From IMG/VR virus record IMGVR_UViG_3300025120_000023: 64,000 nt of DNA. The stretch is one strand, 5' to 3'. Below are positions 56,555-64,000 of the stretch, piece by piece; the stretch's first letter is position 1, and the number at the start of each line of letters is the position of its first letter. The translations under genes and the position numbers were made by a program. Origin of the DNA: an uncultured virus (IMG/VR IMGVR_UViG_3300025120_000023) (taxonomy: Duplodnaviria > Heunggongvirae > Uroviricota > Caudoviricetes). Under the pieces are notes generated by a model, which made no database searches, was not told the DNA's origin, and was given only the letters and a program-made list of their open reading frames with translations.

Positions 56555-58117
56555 CTACAATAACCAATTTAAGTCTTCGTCTTTGCCTTTTACATCCATT
56601 TTCCATGAATCAGTTTTGTGAGATGTTCTATACACTGCGGTTGATTTTGCATGATCTAAAGCTCTCTTTGTTAGCTCGATTCCTGCTTGACGTAGCTTTA
56701 ATGCTGTGTCTCTTACCCACAATGCCATACACCAACTCATTACCAAATCATCATTGTATCCTAATTGTGCTTCAGGTCTTGCGTTTCTCCATATGAAAAC
56801 GCCAAGTTCATCAAGAAGCCTTCTACTCCTTATTATACAACTTTTTTCCCTCATATACAACTCCATCTTGGAAATAATTAATGGTCGTACTTTTGAAGAC
56901 ATTGTAAAGCCAGCTACCTGATCTTTGGTACGTTGTACATCTGTTGCTCGAGCTAGATATCTATCTGAATCTAATCCTATATCTTTTGGTGTGTAATATA
57001 GGTTTTTATATGAACGATCAATTACTTGTTGTATAGTTGCCCATCCTATATTTGCATTTTCAATAACAAGCAGTGCATCATTATACTCTGTAGCAATAGA
57101 CACCAGCATGTTGCCATAATCCTTTGTTGTTACTTGCCCTTTATATTCAGCTACTTGTGTTGCCTCTTCTAAATCAAACACGTGGAATGCTGAGTAATCT
57201 GTTCCATCTCCACGAGCAACATCAGCTACTACCACATAATCCTTTGTATAATTTGGGATCTCCCACACATGTAAATTACTATCAAATCCTCGTTTTTCAA
57301 TTGGATCTTGCATGTAGGTTTGTCTGTAGAAGTTTAACATGTCTGGATGTACAACAGTATTACCTGATGTACTGAAATCGCAATCACACTCTTGTGCAGC
57401 TAGCCTAGCTCCTAACTCATCATCTTGCCTATCTCTCCACTCCTGATCTCTTTCTGGATGTACTTGCCATGGAAGTCTTTTGGTAAAAAATTGATTCTCT
57501 CCTTCTTCTGATTTCATCCATATCTTATGAAAGAAGTTACCGGTACCGTTTGGTGTACTTAATATAACGCCTCTACCTCCAGTTGCTAAGGTTTGTTGTA
57601 GGGATGCCCACAACTCTTCTGCATTATCAACGAATGCTGCCTCATCAATTATTACTAATGATAATGCTTCTGAACGTCCTGATGTTCCTGAGCTGGCAAC
57701 AGCTTTGATTTGTGATCCGTTTGTTAATCGTAGTGACAGTTTATTTTTTTCTGTTGTCTTTAATCGCAGCCAACTTGGTAAGTTTTCAAACATTACACTA
57801 ACCTTTGTTACAAGGTTTTTAGATGTGTTTTGGTCAATTGCAACAACAAGAATGTTTTTATCGCTATGAAATAACATTGTCCACAAAGAGTATCCTGCAG
57901 ATAATGTTGATATTCCTAGCTGACGTGACTTGAGTATGATAACCCTGTCATTGTCTTGCATGTCATTGGTAAGCTCTTCTTGGTAGGGATACAACTTAAA
58001 TGGTATCTTTCCTTTTGATGGATGCTGGATTAGACAGTATTTTTTCATAAAGTATACTGGATCCTTAGCACATTTTACGTACTCAGTCCTTATTAGCTTT
58101 TTTAAATCTACACTCAT
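56555..58117 (-). CDS. Terminase large subunit (T4 gp17-like)
   Basis: LYPYQ, KSRQLG, IIDEAAF, STPNG, ADVARGDG.DYS, IEN, DDLVMS. Confidence 0.95.
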   Translation of the reverse strand: MSVDLKKLIRTEYVKCAKDPVYFMKKYCLIQHPSKGKIPFKLYPYQEELTNDMQDNDRVIILKSRQLGISTLSAGYSLWTMLFHSDKNILVVAIDQNTSKNLVTKVSVMFENLPSWLRLKTTEKNKLSLRLTNGSQIKAVASSGTSGRSEALSLVIIDEAAFVDNAEELWASLQQTLATGGRGVILSTPNGTGNFFHKIWMKSEEGENQFFTKRLPWQVHPERDQEWRDRQDDELGARLAAQECDCDFSTSGNTVVHPDMLNFYRQTYMQDPIEKRGFDSNLHVWEIPNYTKDYVVVADVARGDGTDYSAFHVFDLEEATQVAEYKGQVTTKDYGNMLVSIATEYNDALLVIENANIGWATIQQVIDRSYKNLYYTPKDIGLDSDRYLARATDVQRTKDQVAGFTMSSKVRPLIISKMELYMREKSCIIRSRRLLDELGVFIWRNARPEAQLGYNDDLVMSWCMALWVRDTALKLRQAGIELTKRALDHAKSTAVYRTSHKTDSWKMDVKGKDEDLNWLL

Positions 58118-58540
58118 CTATTTTATAAATAGTACTAGAATAGTTGTTAAAATTGCTGCTCCACAACCTGCTCCTAACCAACGCTGATTGCGTTTAAGTT
58201 TTTCATTTTGTCTTTGCAAATCTTCTAGTCCAGTAACATATATGTTGATTTGTTGAGATTGAGCATTAACCTGCTTTCTGCATAATATTGATTTTTCTGT
58301 GCTATGTTGTATTAGACTATCCTGCTTTGCTATTTTTTCATTAGCTAGCTCTAAAAGCAAGTAAGTGTAGTCAAACATTTCAACACACTGATCATACTTA
58401 ATTAGATCTTCTGCTATTTGTTGTGCTGTACTGTATGGTAAAACTACGACAGAATCTTCGTTATTTTGGGTATCGGTCTGCGAAAAACTGGTCAAGGTCA
58501 GTGACAGTAAAACGCTCAATATCATTAAGCTCTTCTTCAT
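58118..58540 (-). CDS. Signal-peptide + coiled-coil + C-terminal TM protein, spanin-like (start revised)
   Basis: MKKSLMILSVLLSLTLTSFS-Q; C-terminal WLGAGCGAAILTTILVLFIK; 80-nt overlap with upstream gene. Confidence 0.55.
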   Translation of the reverse strand: MKKSLMILSVLLSLTLTSFSQTDTQNNEDSVVVLPYSTAQQIAEDLIKYDQCVEMFDYTYLLLELANEKIAKQDSLIQHSTEKSILCRKQVNAQSQQINIYVTGLEDLQRQNEKLKRNQRWLGAGCGAAILTTILVLFIK

Positions 58541-58817
58541 GTTGTTTTTGTATTTGTATGATTTGAGTTTCAGTAGCATTTATCTCCACGTCAAGTAAAG
58601 ATATGTCTTGCTGGAAGCTTGTTATTAGGCTATCTTTTTCAAATTGTTGATATTCTAAAACAGAAATTGCATTTGAAAGACTGTCTACAAGTTGCTGATT
58701 TTCTTTTGTTAATCCGGTGTTGCTTGTAGGTTGCGGTTTGACAAAATACCATACGGCAAATACCACAACGACTGTGTATAGTGCCAGGAAGATAAGGTGG
58801 AATCTATTTAGAGTCAT
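58461..58817 (-). CDS. N-anchored membrane coiled-coil protein, i-spanin-like
   Basis: N-terminal TM helix plus coiled coil. Confidence 0.55.
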   Translation of the reverse strand: MTLNRFHLIFLALYTVVVVFAVWYFVKPQPTSNTGLTKENQQLVDSLSNAISVLEYQQFEKDSLITSFQQDISLLDVEINATETQIIQIQKQHEEELNDIERFTVTDLDQFFADRYPK

Positions 58818-58831
58818 AACTTGTTTTATTT

Positions 58832-59860
58832 CTACTCGCCTTTGGCTTTGTAGTTTTTGTCAACGTAGTTGAAGAATTCTTTCTTCTTCTTATCACTCAA
58901 ACCTTTTGGTGATTTTACGCCAAACTTGTCCATTGCCGATTTGAAAAACTTTTGGTATTCGGTATCTTCTTTTAATCGGTTTACGATTGATTCTGTTTTT
59001 GTGTTCATGTCGTTTTCTTTAAGATTTTTCAAAAGTCTGTCGTCTAAAAAGTCAATTTTATCCGCCATCTGTCCTACTAATCCATATACTTTACTCCAGA
59101 TTTCTTCTGGTACTTTTGGTGGTTTGTTTGCTCCTAAAATTCTATCAAGCTCATTAACATGTTTATATACTTGATCGTAAAATGTTTTGTATTTTGGATC
59201 TATTGCTTCGTTCATAGTGCCTCCTAGATGATTCATTATTTCTTTTTTAAATTCTTCTAATTCTTGATCGTTAAGATTTCTATATACTTTTTCTCGTAAA
59301 TTTTTAATGAGTTTAGATGCTTCGGTTAAACCTTTACCCTCGTTGAGAGACTCACTAATTCTCTTTCCCAACATTCCTAATCTGTCTAAGTCTTTTAAAT
59401 CTTTTATATACTCATCCGTTGCTGCAAGAATCACTCCCATCTTATCCTTTTGATTTTCGCCACTATAAAAGTTAAGCTCAGTCACTCTTGGATTGAATTT
59501 TTCTCCTCCTGGCTTATCCTTGAAGTTAGAGTTGTAATATTGAGTTTGATGTACTGCGAATGTTTGTCCAGAAGTTTCCGTAAATGTGTGATATTGAACA
59601 TGTACAAACATTGGAGCATATTGTCCCATTCTTTTTTTGATAGGACTTGCATCAGAAGCTTTCAAATTCGCTTCAGCTTTTGACATGCTCTTTACAGCGT
59701 TTGGAAAATATTTTGTAATAAACTCCATATCTTCGCTGTCAGGCTTCTTCTGCATAGCATCTGCTATGACCTTTGCTCCGGAGAAGTCATCGTCTGTATA
59801 TTCTTTTAGAGGTGTCATTGCTTTGACTGTGCTTTCTATTAGTTTGTCCAGTTTTTTCAT
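58832..59860 (-). CDS. Putative internal head/core polyprotein
   Basis: Segments separated by LKE/LNE/LTE/MNE. Confidence 0.6.
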   Translation of the reverse strand: MKKLDKLIESTVKAMTPLKEYTDDDFSGAKVIADAMQKKPDSEDMEFITKYFPNAVKSMSKAEANLKASDASPIKKRMGQYAPMFVHVQYHTFTETSGQTFAVHQTQYYNSNFKDKPGGEKFNPRVTELNFYSGENQKDKMGVILAATDEYIKDLKDLDRLGMLGKRISESLNEGKGLTEASKLIKNLREKVYRNLNDQELEEFKKEIMNHLGGTMNEAIDPKYKTFYDQVYKHVNELDRILGANKPPKVPEEIWSKVYGLVGQMADKIDFLDDRLLKNLKENDMNTKTESIVNRLKEDTEYQKFFKSAMDKFGVKSPKGLSDKKKKEFFNYVDKNYKAKGE

Positions 59861-60261
59861 CGTAAGCTGTCTTCTTTTATTCTTTGTAGGATTGTTAGCT
59901 TGTCCTGGTTTCCGTAACCAAAACTCTCTAACATGTCAACCACTATTGCAATTATGTCAGTTTGATCCACTTCAGCAGTGGCGTCTTTGAGTTTCTTAAT
60001 ATAAAGATCAGTAAGATTTTGTAGTTCCTCATCAAGACCTGGCTCTTCCTCTTCTTCCGGCTCTTCGGTCGGTTCCTCAGTCGGTTCCTCAGTCGGTTCT
60101 TCAGGTTTAGCATCCGGCTCATCAGAAACGTCAGCTGCTGCTTCTTCCTCTTCCTCTTCGGGTGGTGCACCGCCTGCTCCTTCCATAAGAGCTTTGTGCA
60201 ATTCTCGTTTTACGAGCTCTCTAATTAAGGCTTGTTGTAGTTGTTTTTTTGTACGCTTCAT
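59857..60261 (-). CDS. Acidic putative head protein (EEPT repeats)
   Basis: LIRE...LME leader; 12-nt repeats at 60068-60103. Confidence 0.65.
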   Translation of the reverse strand: MKRTKKQLQQALIRELVKRELHKALMEGAGGAPPEEEEEEAAADVSDEPDAKPEEPTEEPTEEPTEEPEEEEEPGLDEELQNLTDLYIKKLKDATAEVDQTDIIAIVVDMLESFGYGNQDKLTILQRIKEDSLR

Positions 60262-60665
60262 TTAATTACGTTTTTAAATTTAACATCATCTCCTGAGAAG
60301 TTCTTTTTGTCTTCTGAGTCGAACATTATGCCTTCAAGAGTGGCGTGTCCATCTTTTTCTTTTCGCTTAATCTTACAGATTGTTGCATCTAGCTTTTCTA
60401 ATCCATTAAGAACATACACTAATCCAAACATGCACTGCTTCTTAGAACATTTAGCAACAATATATGCTTTAGATACTACCAAGCTCATATCTCCAAAATT
60501 GGTAAGATCGGCTGTGTATATTTTTACATCATCCTTTACACCAACATAATCAAATAGTACGTCGTATCCGTCACTAAGTTCGCCAAACTTACGAACATAA
60601 TCTAACCACTCTGTTCCGTCGTTTTCATTAATTTGTTGTAAGGGCATTAAATCTCTAAGCTTCAT
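60258..60665 (-). CDS. Putative internal head protein
   Basis: MKLRDLM...INE leader. Confidence 0.6.
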   Translation of the reverse strand: MKLRDLMPLQQINENDGTEWLDYVRKFGELSDGYDVLFDYVGVKDDVKIYTADLTNFGDMSLVVSKAYIVAKCSKKQCMFGLVYVLNGLEKLDATICKIKRKEKDGHATLEGIMFDSEDKKNFSGDDVKFKNVIK

Positions 60666-60668
60666 ATT

Positions 60669-61559
60669 TTATTTTTTAATTCCAGCTCTATGTTGGAATG
60701 TTTCTTTTAAGTGTGATTCTACATCTTTACTGTAGGGTGGAAGAACATCTGCTGTTCCTTTTTCTAAATATTTTACAACCGCATTCACCTTTTCTGCATC
60801 AATAACCGGCATATCCTTTCTTTCTGGAGCACCTTGCATTTTTTGTTTTACAAGTTTTCCGGCATTGTCTGCCATAATAGCCATTCCTTTTTCCGAATCT
60901 CCATCAGCTCCTGGAACCTTTCCTAATGCTACTTTTACTTCTTCCGATGACAGATGAGGCCATTGTTTTAAACCTTGTTCTGTACCATCTTTCAAAGCAT
61001 ACTTAATTGCATTTTGTACTTTATCTCCAGTAAAGTTTGCTACGTCACCTTTTCCTTTGTTTCCTACATCAATACCCAACTTACCCTTCGTCATTGCGTT
61101 GAGTGCTGTTATAAGTTGTTGGCCTGGTAAGTCTAACTTTGTTATAGCTACTTTAGCTCCTGGATAAAGAAGAGTTGCTGCTGCCCATCTATGGTGTCCA
61201 TCCATAATAAAATCGTCATTAGAAACTATAGCTTCCATATTTGCTAAGTCAGGAGCGCCGTTTTTTGCCTTTGCTTCTTTAAAGTCATTAAACGCATATC
61301 CTAAAGCAAATGCTACTGCTTTTGAAACAATTACTTCCTTTTGTGCAGGCTTGAGCTGGCTTACTGGGACTGCATCTGGACCACCATTAATAATATCATC
61401 CTCTTTGTCGCCATCCTCTAATCCACCTCCAACTGCATCTCCTGCTAGATCTTTATCCATCTTACTTAGCCCAACTGCTTTTGGATTGTTGAATACATCC
61501 GCTTCAGATAAAATATCTTTACGCATGTTATTGATAGTATTGCCTAACGACTTCTTCAT
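60669..61559 (-). CDS. ParB/sulfiredoxin-like domain protein (start revised)
   Basis: LKPAQ...IVS.D.FIMDGHHRWAA; ATG 4 nt after TATTTAT. Confidence 0.75.
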   Translation of the reverse strand: MKKSLGNTINNMRKDILSEADVFNNPKAVGLSKMDKDLAGDAVGGGLEDGDKEDDIINGGPDAVPVSQLKPAQKEVIVSKAVAFALGYAFNDFKEAKAKNGAPDLANMEAIVSNDDFIMDGHHRWAAATLLYPGAKVAITKLDLPGQQLITALNAMTKGKLGIDVGNKGKGDVANFTGDKVQNAIKYALKDGTEQGLKQWPHLSSEEVKVALGKVPGADGDSEKGMAIMADNAGKLVKQKMQGAPERKDMPVIDAEKVNAVVKYLEKGTADVLPPYSKDVESHLKETFQHRAGIKK

Positions 61560-61570
61560 ACTTATAAATA

Positions 61571-62044
61571 TTACCATTTTCTGCAAGACCAATATCTTGC
61601 TTTAGTTTTTGGTCCTGGATTATCACAATTATGTCTTGCTCTGAACGATTTACGTCTTGCGGGATTACTCTTTTTTATCTTCATTCCTTTTTGACCAAAA
61701 TTTACTTTTTTTGCTTTTATAGTACCGTCTGCATTCTTTTTTCCAGAATTTACATGTACTTTAAATTTCTTAACATCGCCACGCATTATTTTGTTAAGCT
61801 TAACAGTACGTCCATTATACTTAGCTTCTTGAAATAATACTGGTTCTGAGTGTTCTATTATTTCAAGTCTCAAACCTTCATTTCGGTAAACAACGGATTC
61901 TTTGGCATTAATCTTCTTGCCAGCTTTGACTGCAGCCTTATACGCTTTAGAGCCTTTAGGAGATGATTTTCCTCCTCTAGCTTTTTTAGCTCTAATGTTA
62001 GCCCACAATCCTTTATTCTCCTTTAGGTTGTTCTTTTTGTTCAT
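61571..62044 (-). CDS. Very basic protein, putative head-associated
   Basis: GLWANIRAK; KVNFG...RRKSFRARHNC...ARYWSC..W. Confidence 0.7.
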   Translation of the reverse strand: MNKKNNLKENKGLWANIRAKKARGGKSSPKGSKAYKAAVKAGKKINAKESVVYRNEGLRLEIIEHSEPVLFQEAKYNGRTVKLNKIMRGDVKKFKVHVNSGKKNADGTIKAKKVNFGQKGMKIKKSNPARRKSFRARHNCDNPGPKTKARYWSCRKW

Positions 62045-62546
62045 TAATTTTATCCTTTAACTCACCGACAACACCTTCTAACTTTTCGATTTCTTTATCT
62101 ATCATGTCGCTAATTAGTGCGTTGTCTGGGTTAGCCCATTTTTCAATTTTTCCTTTTTCTGAAACATGTGTGTTCTCAGCTGAGCTTTCTTTAAACTCTT
62201 GCAAGCCGGCTTTAACATCTCTCAAATACGATTTAGCATTTTCATACTTTTTCATCGCATTAAATTCTTTTTTTAACCCTTTTGCTCTCAACTTATGTTG
62301 TTCATCAACAACACAATTAAAACACTTTCGATCAGTTTTCCAAAATTTGGCATCTAATCGATTGTTCATCTTCTTACCACAACATGGACATGCTAACGGG
62401 ACTAAAAAGTCTTTTCTAGCTTTATCCATTCTTGTAACTGTTTTTTTTATGCCGTTTTTGATTGTCCACGTTTTACCGCTTTCCTCCCAAACATCACCCT
62501 CATGACGCTCGACATATTTGTTTCTCGTAACCTTAATTTTTTTCAT
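62013..62546 (-). CDS. Zn-finger protein
   Basis: CPCC...CFNC. Confidence 0.7.
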   Translation of the reverse strand: MKKIKVTRNKYVERHEGDVWEESGKTWTIKNGIKKTVTRMDKARKDFLVPLACPCCGKKMNNRLDAKFWKTDRKCFNCVVDEQHKLRAKGLKKEFNAMKKYENAKSYLRDVKAGLQEFKESSAENTHVSEKGKIEKWANPDNALISDMIDKEIEKLEGVVGELKDKINEQKEQPKGE

Positions 62547-62845
62547 TATCGTGCTTTTACATTAAATTTTTCTAACACCGCCTCTACTCTCTTGTCAAAC
62601 TTTCTCAAAGCTCTACGTAGTTCTAATTTCATAGCTTCTGCAAGTTTCTTTTCTTCGTCCTTATTAGCTACTGTTCTGTAAAACTCTTTACCACCGACTG
62701 ACGACATTGTTACGTCAAATGAGAATTCTGGTTTTCCATCCTCTCCTACTTCAGTGAACTGTGGGTCGTAGTGTAACGTCATATTTGTGTTTGGTGACGT
62801 TGCGATTGCTTCTTTCTTTTCGCTTAAAAGTTTTTTTAATTCCAT
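62546..62845 (-). CDS. Hypothetical protein
   Basis: MELKKLLSE leader. Confidence 0.65.
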   Translation of the reverse strand: MELKKLLSEKKEAIATSPNTNMTLHYDPQFTEVGEDGKPEFSFDVTMSSVGGKEFYRTVANKDEEKKLAEAMKLELRRALRKFDKRVEAVLEKFNVKAR

Positions 62846-64000
62846 TATCTTCCGAATTTTATGTATCCTATAATTTGATTGACTGGTGCAAAGGCTCCAG
62901 TTAATTTGTATAATTTTCCTTTGTGTTTAAACACTATACCTTCTGATGGTACTATTGCATCGAATCCTCCAATCTTATCCAAGCGTTTAAGTTGTGCTTT
63001 GAGAAATCTCAAAGGTGCATCATCGTCTTGAAGTTTATCATTGTTTGCTTTTGCCTTTAATTGTTCGATAGAGCTTGCCAACTCTCTTTTCATTTTTGAA
63101 ATAGAATCGTTAGGGTTGATTGCTACTAATCCTTCTAAACTTTTCAATACAAAAACTCCTAATTTTAGAAAGATGTCTTCTACCGGTTCGACAGCTATCT
63201 TTTTTTGATCTCTAACACCACTTCCCTTATCCATAGTAGTAAACCACTCTAAGAATTCTGGATTGTCTATTGATTTTTTTAACTCTCGTAGATTTGGTTG
63301 TTTTTGACCAAAAGCCCATCTGTTAATGATATTCTGCAATACGTCGTCAGGCACTGCGTATTTGTAGGTTTTAGCATTATTTTTTATAAAAGCAGACCAA
63401 AAATTTTGAAAGTATAATCCTAACTTACTTTCCTTAGTTAGCTGGTACTTGCCTCTAACATTACCAAGATCTTTAAGTAGTTCTTGCTTTTGTTTTTCGT
63501 AATCTTTAGTTTGTTTAAGATCCACTAAGTCAGTGGCTCTTATTTCATACGTATCTTGTTTAGAAGCTTCTACTCGATCTAAGGCTTGTTGTATTTTAGT
63601 AGGTGCTTCACTATCACTTCCTATGACGTTTCCATTCTCATCATACTCCTGCACGTTGTGCATTCTTAGTTGAGTTACTCCGTAAGCAGCTACATTTTCA
63701 CTGGAAGGATGTAAGAGTTCCATGTTTATAAACTTGGTACCGTTTCCAAAAAACTCTTCTTTTTCGGTTGGATTAAGTTTGGATATCGCATCCGTCATAT
63801 CTTGCATTGCATCAAGAAATGCATTACGAACATTATCTGGTAAGTGCTGCATTGACTTTTCCATATCATTCTTAGTCATTGCTTTTTCAGCTGCATTCTT
63901 CAGTTGTCCTTTGTTTCTTGCTGAAAGCACTTTGCCGTCTTTATATGTTACCATAAGATTCTGTCCATCTAACTTCTCTTGAGCATACTCCACTTTTCCG
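62845..64000 (-). CDS. Covalent nucleotidyltransferase (ligase-fold) domain protein, 5' end beyond window
   Basis: EKLDG (motif I), NMEL, EGIVF (motif IV), YKLTG (motif V); frame open to window edge. Confidence 0.6.
   Translation of the reverse strand, partial: GKVEYAQEKLDGQNLMVTYKDGKVLSARNKGQLKNAAEKAMTKNDMEKSMQHLPDNVRNAFLDAMQDMTDAISKLNPTEKEEFFGNGTKFINMELLHPSSENVAAYGVTQLRMHNVQEYDENGNVIGSDSEAPTKIQQALDRVEASKQDTYEIRATDLVDLKQTKDYEKQKQELLKDLGNVRGKYQLTKESKLGLYFQNFWSAFIKNNAKTYKYAVPDDVLQNIINRWAFGQKQPNLRELKKSIDNPEFLEWFTTMDKGSGVRDQKKIAVEPVEDIFLKLGVFVLKSLEGLVAINPNDSISKMKRELASSIEQLKAKANNDKLQDDDAPLRFLKAQLKRLDKIGGFDAIVPSEGIVFKHKGKLYKLTGAFAPVNQIIGYIKFGR

Noticed and set aside
1656..63982. All plus-strand ORFs in the track (e.g. 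32572..33396, 42763..43347)
   Set aside because: Antisense shadows of well-supported minus-strand genes; no recognisable motifs or upstream signals
1..64000. Stop-codon reassignment, tRNA genes, introns/inteins
   Set aside because: TAA, TAG and TGA all end full-length conserved genes; no cloverleaf seen in the short intergenic gaps; polA, nrdJ, terminase, helicase and recA are uninterrupted and of normal size

Overview
A 64 kb piece of a large lytic tailed phage with a contractile tail and a T4-like head/tail gene set. Essentially every real gene is on the minus strand and the standard genetic code is used. In transcription order (right to left) it holds: putative internal head proteins, a spanin-like pair, large terminase, portal, prohead protease, scaffold, major capsid, a small early-gene island, PhoH, neck/head-completion/tail-terminator, fibre-like proteins, sheath, tube, tail chaperone(s), tape measure and baseplate genes. 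Then come a replication block (a second, divergent family-A polymerase, SSB, RecA/UvsX, 5'-3' exonuclease, helicase, class II RNR), more late genes, a 7-deazaguanine DNA-modification cluster (QueD, QueE, dUTPase-like, DpdL-like, P-loop kinase, FolE, TGT/DpdA-like; no QueC in the window), a second early island, a canonical PolA, two envelope proteins and the start of an Hsp20. Promoter geometry (TTG-N20-TAnnTT) and signal-peptide style suggest a Bacteroidota host (inference). Top leads: (1) a second PolA-fold enzyme that keeps the catalytic aspartates but has lost the anti-ribonucleotide steric-gate Glu; (2) a probable pre-replicative deazaguanine (dDG) pathway with its own kinase; (3) [ST]-[GAS]-S tripeptides concentrated in exposed virion domains; (4) three promoter classes, including a reverse-complemented T4 late motif; (5) a +1/-2 frameshift candidate in the tail chaperone; (6) a repeat-bounded cassette of head-protein genes; (7) structured RNA leaders. 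All functional calls are by eye from motifs and synteny; no database searches were run.
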